The position numbers and the translations under genes are program-made. A stretch of 62,267 nucleotides of DNA, from assembly GCA_041651095.1 (NCBI GenBank), contig JBAZJV010000007.1:1-62267 (forward strand), in the 5' to 3' direction. This DNA comes from Patescibacteria group bacterium (GTDB lineage Bacteria > Patescibacteriota > Patescibacteriia > Patescibacteriales > UBA12465). Every line of letters starts with the position of its first letter. Positions within the stretch are counted from its first letter, which is position 1. Below, in pieces: positions 57,436 through 62,267 of the stretch. Below the pieces are notes generated by a model. The model was given only the letters and a program-made list of their open reading frames with translations, made no database searches and was not told the origin of the DNA.

Positions 57436-58857
57436 ATGCGGATAAATCCTGAAATATTCCGCGGCTACGATCTCCGCGGCCTGGTTGATAAAGATTTGAA
57501 CCCGGTCATCGTCGAGCATCTTGGCAAAGTGTTCGGCACTTATCTGAAGCGGCGGCAAATTTCCCGCGCCGTGGTCGGCTATGATTGCCGGGCGACTAGC
57601 GCCGAATACAGTGCGGCCATCTGCCGCGGCCTGATTTGGGCCGGCATCGAGGTGATTGATATCGGCTTGAATATGGTCGGCACCTTCTATTGGTCCCAAT
57701 ACCAGCTCGACTGTCCGGGTGGCGTCTTCGTTACCGCCTCTCATAACCCGGCCAGCTATAATGGCTTCAAATTCGCCAACGGCTTTTCCGAAACCCTGGT
57801 CAGCGAAGGGATCCAAGAATTACGTCGCATGGCGGAAAACGATGATTGCGAAATCGGCCGACAGCCGGGCACGCTTACTCGCCAGGATGTCCAGGCCGCT
57901 TATTTTGCCGACCTGACCGGGCGCCTAGACTTCCCCCGAAAATTCAAGGTCGTCATTGACGCCGCTTGTACGACGGCGGGCGTGGTGGTGCCGGATCTGT
58001 TGCGCCGGATCGGCTGCGAAGTAATAGAACACAATTGCCAGATCGACCCTAGTTTCCCCTTAGGGACGCCGGATCCGACGGAACTGGTCGTTGCCCACCG
58101 GCTGCGCGACGAAATTCTGGCCGCCAAGGCCGATCTCGGCTTCTCCTATGACGCCGACGGCGACCGTATCGGCATCGTCGACAACGCCGGCAACATCATC
58201 TGGAACGACATCCTGGTCGCCTTGTTCGCGGCCGATGTCCTGGCTAAGCATCCGGGCGATATCATCATGTTCAACACCCTTTGTTCCCGGGTCGTGGTAG
58301 AAAATATCACGCGCCACGGCGGCCGTCCCTTCATGTGGCGGACCGGCCATTCTTTCCTGAAAAAGAAAAACCAGGAAGTCGGGGCGGCTTTCATCGGCGA
58401 GCTGTCCGGACATTTCTTTTTTTCCAAAGATTTTTATAACCATGATGACGGTTGCTATTCCACGTTGCGCCTGCTCAGCTATCTCGGCCGCAGCGGCCGA
58501 CGCTTGTCGGAACTGGTAGACGAATTGCCGCATTATATTTCCAGTCCCGAAATCAAGGTCGGCACGGCGGACGAATTAAAAGTCGCGCTAATCAAAAAGA
58601 TCGCGGCGGTCCTGGAACAGGATTTCCCGGCCGCGGAAGTCATCAATGACGAACGGGCCGGCGACGGCGTGCGCCTGGAGTTTCCGGATGCCATGTTCGT
58701 AGTCCGTTACTCGCAGAACGGGCCATATGTTACCGTTAAATTCGAGGCGAAAACGCAGGCGCGCTATGAGGAGCTGAAAAAATATATCAACCAATTGTTG
58801 CATCGGTTTCCGGAAATAGACTGGGGTTTCGGAGTGAATGTGGAAGCCTTGTCTTAA
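57436..58857 (+). CDS. Phosphomannomutase/phosphoglucomutase
   Basis: IFRGYDLRG, VTASHNP, DADGDR, GELSGH. Confidence 0.95.
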   Translation: MRINPEIFRGYDLRGLVDKDLNPVIVEHLGKVFGTYLKRRQISRAVVGYDCRATSAEYSAAICRGLIWAGIEVIDIGLNMVGTFYWSQYQLDCPGGVFVTASHNPASYNGFKFANGFSETLVSEGIQELRRMAENDDCEIGRQPGTLTRQDVQAAYFADLTGRLDFPRKFKVVIDAACTTAGVVVPDLLRRIGCEVIEHNCQIDPSFPLGTPDPTELVVAHRLRDEILAAKADLGFSYDADGDRIGIVDNAGNIIWNDILVALFAADVLAKHPGDIIMFNTLCSRVVVENITRHGGRPFMWRTGHSFLKKKNQEVGAAFIGELSGHFFFSKDFYNHDDGCYSTLRLLSYLGRSGRRLSELVDELPHYISSPEIKVGTADELKVALIKKIAAVLEQDFPAAEVINDERAGDGVRLEFPDAMFVVRYSQNGPYVTVKFEAKTQARYEELKKYINQLLHRFPEIDWGFGVNVEALS

Positions 58858-58926
58858 GCCAAGCCGCGGGCTGATAATGCCCCGGCCAACCTAATCATCA
58901 TAAAAGCTCCCGACCAGGGAGCTTTT

Positions 58927-60726
58927 TCATTCCACCGTCACCGACTTGGCCAGGTTACGCGGCTTATCCACGTCCAGCCCGCGACCGGTGGCGATATAGT
59001 AAGCCAATAGCTGCAAAGGGATGACATTTATGATCGGCGCCAGCAAATCATGAGCCACCGGCACCTCGATCAAGTGTCGGGCCAGCTTCTTGATTTCGCC
59101 ATAATCCCTATCGACCACGGCGATGATTTCGCCGCCGCGCGCCTTGATCTCCTGCATATTGCTGATGATTTTATCGGAAAGGTCGTTCTTGGTCGCCAGG
59201 AAGACAACCGGCATATCGGCGTCGACCAGGGCGATCGGGCCGTGTTTGATTTCCGCGGCCGGGTAGCCCTCGGCATGGATATAGGAGATTTCTTTGAGCT
59301 TCAAAGCGCCCTCTAAAGCCACGGGGAAATTCAAGCCGCGGCCCAAATAAAGAAAATTCCGTTTGCCCTTCAGAAGTCTGGCTAAACGTCTAGCGACCGG
59401 CGCCGTCCCGAGAGCCCGCTCGACCAGACGCGGCAAATCAGATAAGCCCTTGATGACGCCGGCTGGCAGGCGCCCGCCGCTTTCTTGTTGAAAAGACAAA
59501 GCCAAAAGCAATAGAGCGGCTACTTGGGAACTGAAGGCCTTGGTGCTGGCGACGCCGATCTCCGGACCGGCATGAAGATAGATGCCGGAATCGACTTCAC
59601 GAGTCAGCGTCGATCCGACAACGTTCACGATGCCGAGAGTCTGAGCGCCTTTACGCTTAGCTTCCCGCAGCGCCGCCAAAGTGTCCGCGGTTTCTCCCGA
59701 CTGAGAAATGGCGATCAGCAGATCGTCGGGCCCGACCAGAGGATTCCGATAACGAAATTCCGAAGCATAATCGACCTCGGTCGGCAGGCCGGCAATTTCT
59801 TCAAAAAAATGCTTGCTGATCAAAGCGGAATGCCAACTGGTTCCGCAAGCGACAATGATGATTTTCTTAAACGAGCCGGCTTTGGCTTTGACCGATAATT
59901 TTATGCGTCCCGCTTTCCAGCGTCCGCGCAAGAGATTGGCCAGGCTCTCCGGCTGTTCAAAGATTTCTTTAAGCATGAAGTGCTTAAACCCCTGCTTTTC
60001 GATCTGAGCCGCGCTGAGCTTCACCTCTTCCACTTCCCGGGCCAAGGCCCGGCCGGCCGCGTTTCTGATCGAATAACCGTTCCGGCTGATAACGGCCAGA
60101 TCGCCGTCTTTCAAATAAATCACTTGCTTGGTATGGCTGAGGATCGCCGGGATGTCCGAAGCGACCAGAGTTTCACCTTGACCGATGCCCAGGATAAGCG
60201 GCGAACTCCGGCGAACGGCTACCAGCTTATCTTCACGCCGGCTCATCACGACCAACCCATAGGAGCCCACCAATAACGGCAAAATCTGTCCGACGGCCCG
60301 CTCCAGGTTGCCGTGATAGAATTTTTCAACCAGATGGGCCAACACCTCGGAATCGGTATCGGAAACGAAGCGGTGCCCTTCCTTGAGCAAAATTTTTTTT
60401 AGAATCTGGTAATTCTCAATGATGCCGTTATGGACCACGGCGATATCGCCGCGGCAATCCAGGTGCGGGTGGGCGTTCCGTTCGCTGGGCGCGCCGTGCG
60501 TCGCCCAACGCGTATGCGCTATGCCGATAACCGCCGCCGGGCGGCGCGCGGCCAAGGCCCGCTCCAACTGACGGACCGGGCCGACTTTTTTGACGGTCAT
60601 CAATTGCTGTTCTTCCAAAAGACAAATACCGGCGCTGTCATAGCCCCGGTACTCCAGCTTCTGCAGCCCGTCCAGAAGAATGCGTTTAGCCGGCCGACTG
60701 CCTAAGTAGCCGATGATGCCGCACAT
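58927..60726 (-). CDS. glmS: Glutamine-fructose-6-phosphate transaminase
   Basis: MCGI, LEYRGYDSAG, AHTRWATHG, SQSGETAD, EGALKLKE, PRNLAKSVTVE. Confidence 0.98.
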   Translation of the reverse strand: MCGIIGYLGSRPAKRILLDGLQKLEYRGYDSAGICLLEEQQLMTVKKVGPVRQLERALAARRPAAVIGIAHTRWATHGAPSERNAHPHLDCRGDIAVVHNGIIENYQILKKILLKEGHRFVSDTDSEVLAHLVEKFYHGNLERAVGQILPLLVGSYGLVVMSRREDKLVAVRRSSPLILGIGQGETLVASDIPAILSHTKQVIYLKDGDLAVISRNGYSIRNAAGRALAREVEEVKLSAAQIEKQGFKHFMLKEIFEQPESLANLLRGRWKAGRIKLSVKAKAGSFKKIIIVACGTSWHSALISKHFFEEIAGLPTEVDYASEFRYRNPLVGPDDLLIAISQSGETADTLAALREAKRKGAQTLGIVNVVGSTLTREVDSGIYLHAGPEIGVASTKAFSSQVAALLLLALSFQQESGGRLPAGVIKGLSDLPRLVERALGTAPVARRLARLLKGKRNFLYLGRGLNFPVALEGALKLKEISYIHAEGYPAAEIKHGPIALVDADMPVVFLATKNDLSDKIISNMQEIKARGGEIIAVVDRDYGEIKKLARHLIEVPVAHDLLAPIINVIPLQLLAYYIATGRGLDVDKPRNLAKSVTVE

Positions 60727-60742
60727 AAAGCTGATTTAATCT

Positions 60743-61006
60743 CTATTTCCGCTCCACTTCAATGGTGCATTTGTTGACGACGGCGGCCAAGGCGCCGATA
60801 GCAGCCAAGACCGGAGCGAAAACCGCGCCGACCACCGCAAAAGTAACCGGAATCTCCACTAGCACCTTGCCCTTTTCGTCTTTAATGATAATGCGGCGGA
60901 TATTGCCCTCTTTAATCAGCTCTTTCACTTTCTTTAAGACTTCGTGCCCATAGACCTTGAACTGCTCGGCATCGCCGCAACTGTTGGTTTTAGTTTTTTT
61001 TGGCAT
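60743..61006 (-). CDS. DUF4342 family protein (start probably 61006)
   Basis: KVKELIKEGNIRRIIIK..EIPVT..VG...AP.LAA..C.I.V. Confidence 0.85.
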   Translation of the reverse strand: MPKKTKTNSCGDAEQFKVYGHEVLKKVKELIKEGNIRRIIIKDEKGKVLVEIPVTFAVVGAVFAPVLAAIGALAAVVNKCTIEVERK

Positions 61007-61016
61007 ATGATTTAAA

Positions 61017-61424
61017 TTATTTCTTTTTAGCAAAGCGCAATTGATAAGCCTGCTTGGACTTCCGGGTAATCGCCAGAATAGTCAAGACGGCGATATAGGC
61101 TGAAACCACCGAACCGGGCATACGGTAATGGCCGCGGCTCAGGAGGTCGGCGACAATCAGCAGAACAACCAGGATGGACCAGATGATTACGAAGATCTCG
61201 CCAGGATGCTGGCGGTCATGTTTATGATACCAGCGCTCAAATTCCTTGTTGCTGACGTAAATAGCCAGGGCGCCGATATAAATGACCGAGACCAGGTCCA
61301 AAATTTCACCCCCGGACGCCGGGTTGAAAAAATTATAGATAATCAGAAAAAAGAACAACACCGACCAAAGATTGATGAGGCGGTGCCAAAAGTTGAAATT
61401 GGTTAATAAAGCCTTTCTTTTCAT
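61017..61424 (-). CDS. Hypothetical membrane protein (CPR-type)
   Basis: Four TMs, Y...KE..RW, HPGE motif. Confidence 0.7.
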   Translation of the reverse strand: MKRKALLTNFNFWHRLINLWSVLFFFLIIYNFFNPASGGEILDLVSVIYIGALAIYVSNKEFERWYHKHDRQHPGEIFVIIWSILVVLLIVADLLSRGHYRMPGSVVSAYIAVLTILAITRKSKQAYQLRFAKKK

Positions 61425-61603
61425 TGAGCCTGAATAATAGACGGGCTGATAATTTATTATATTGAATTATAACAAAGATAGCTAAATTATTAAAATCTTG
61501 ACAAATGACAATATTTGTTTAAAATGATAAAGGTAATTATATGTTATATATATGTTATGTAGTTACCAAGTTCATTTAATCTCAAAAAAACCGAGGAGTA
61601 AAA

Positions 61604-62092
61604 ATGGGTCAGTACGGTATTAATGTTCTGCCGATCGCTCAATTAAAAATTCCCTTGAAATATGGGGAAAAAAGAGGCGATAGAACAAAAAATCAAATTC
61701 CCAGGTTTATCTGTTGCTTATCCGGGGAATCTCTGGCGGCCACTAACGACGAATTAGTGTCCTATATCCACCACGATGGGCAAAGAATTGATTTTTCTTA
61801 CATCTGTCTGCTGGACATGATCGGTCGGCAAGAGGAAACTTATTTCCGCCTGCCCTATCGACGGGCAAAAGATTTCGATATTGTTGATTTCTTGAATCAA
61901 ACCAGAAAAAAAATCACGAAAGCCACGGCTCAAGGAAAAATAGATCCAGCCAAACTGGAAAAGACTATAATTGCCGCTACTGAAATTCTGGACGCGACTG
62001 GTCTAAACCGCTTTATCGCCGGCGGATCCTCAGCTTTTATCACCGAGGGGCTGATAATATCCGAGTTTCCCAAAACGGGGACTAACGGATAA
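61604..62092 (+). CDS. Hypothetical protein
   Basis: 162-aa ORF with GAGGAG SD, upstream TTGACA-16-TAAAAT and downstream hairpin. Confidence 0.65.
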   Translation: MGQYGINVLPIAQLKIPLKYGEKRGDRTKNQIPRFICCLSGESLAATNDELVSYIHHDGQRIDFSYICLLDMIGRQEETYFRLPYRRAKDFDIVDFLNQTRKKITKATAQGKIDPAKLEKTIIAATEILDATGLNRFIAGGSSAFITEGLIISEFPKTGTNG

Positions 62093-62164
62093 GAAAAATA
62101 TTACAAAACGGGCCGATTGCCAAATCGGCCTTTTTTAAAAATTAATGACCTCCTCCCCGCACTC

Positions 62165-62195
62165 AAAAAGACTGCCCTAACGGACAGTCTTTTTT
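62165..62195. terminator. Terminator for a minus-strand gene entering from beyond the window end
   Basis: aaaaagactg...cagtcttttt; an open frame (..KARRIYRKKRRSDSNESPEGNPV*) stops at 62195-62197. Confidence 0.55.
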
Positions 62196-62267
62196 CATAC
62201 GGGGTTTCCTTCCGGGCTTTCATTAGAATCCGAGCGTCGCTTCTTGCGGTAGATCCTTCTGGCCTTG

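Noticed and set aside
1-62267. CRISPR array, IS/transposase, integrase
   Set aside because: No regularly spaced repeats, terminal inverted repeats or recombinase motifs were found by eye.

Overview
A 62 kb chromosomal window from a bacterium using genetic code 11. It is most likely Patescibacteria/CPR (Parcubacteria-like). This is inferred from an unlinked 23S rRNA, the rpmF-nusB-rnc-pilT order, core genes without Shine-Dalgarno sites, and CPR-typical TrmB/PEP-utilizer and HTH-'WGEG' families. Most genes are on the minus strand. Contents in order: 5' two-thirds of a stand-alone 23S rRNA gene with its own promoter; pilT, rnc, nusB, rpmF, ftsH, rpsA; a ~12 kb surface-glycan locus (GT-C-like, GT2, GT4, two duplicated GT8, wzm/wzt, DUF6625, a plant GXMT/DUF579-like methyltransferase); glgP; an accessory block (HD-like, DNPH1-like, a 4-gene operon of two PEP-utilizer His-domain proteins + GNAT + GT-A-like protein below a TrmB regulator, and a B12 radical SAM); an AT-rich islet (HEPN + PD-(D/E)xK-like) at the 3' end of tRNA-Gly; an HTH/LAGLIDADG-like gene between tRNA-Leu and tRNA-Gly; tmRNA/smpB/tig; hppA, nusA, flippase, RluA, a GILT-like thiol protein, gdhA/trxA/CsoR-family; Trm9-like MTase, recQ, folD/glyA/CofE-like/yhhQ; elp3; pmm, glmS. 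Best novelty candidates: (1) a riboswitch-like leader with a 9-bp antiterminator/terminator switch upstream of yhhQ; (2) the PEP-utilizer/GNAT/GT operon under TrmB; (3) the HEPN + nuclease-fold islet; (4) eukaryote-type enzymes (Elp3 + Trm9, GXMT, GILT). No CRISPR array, integrase or IS was seen. All family calls come from motif recognition, not database searches.
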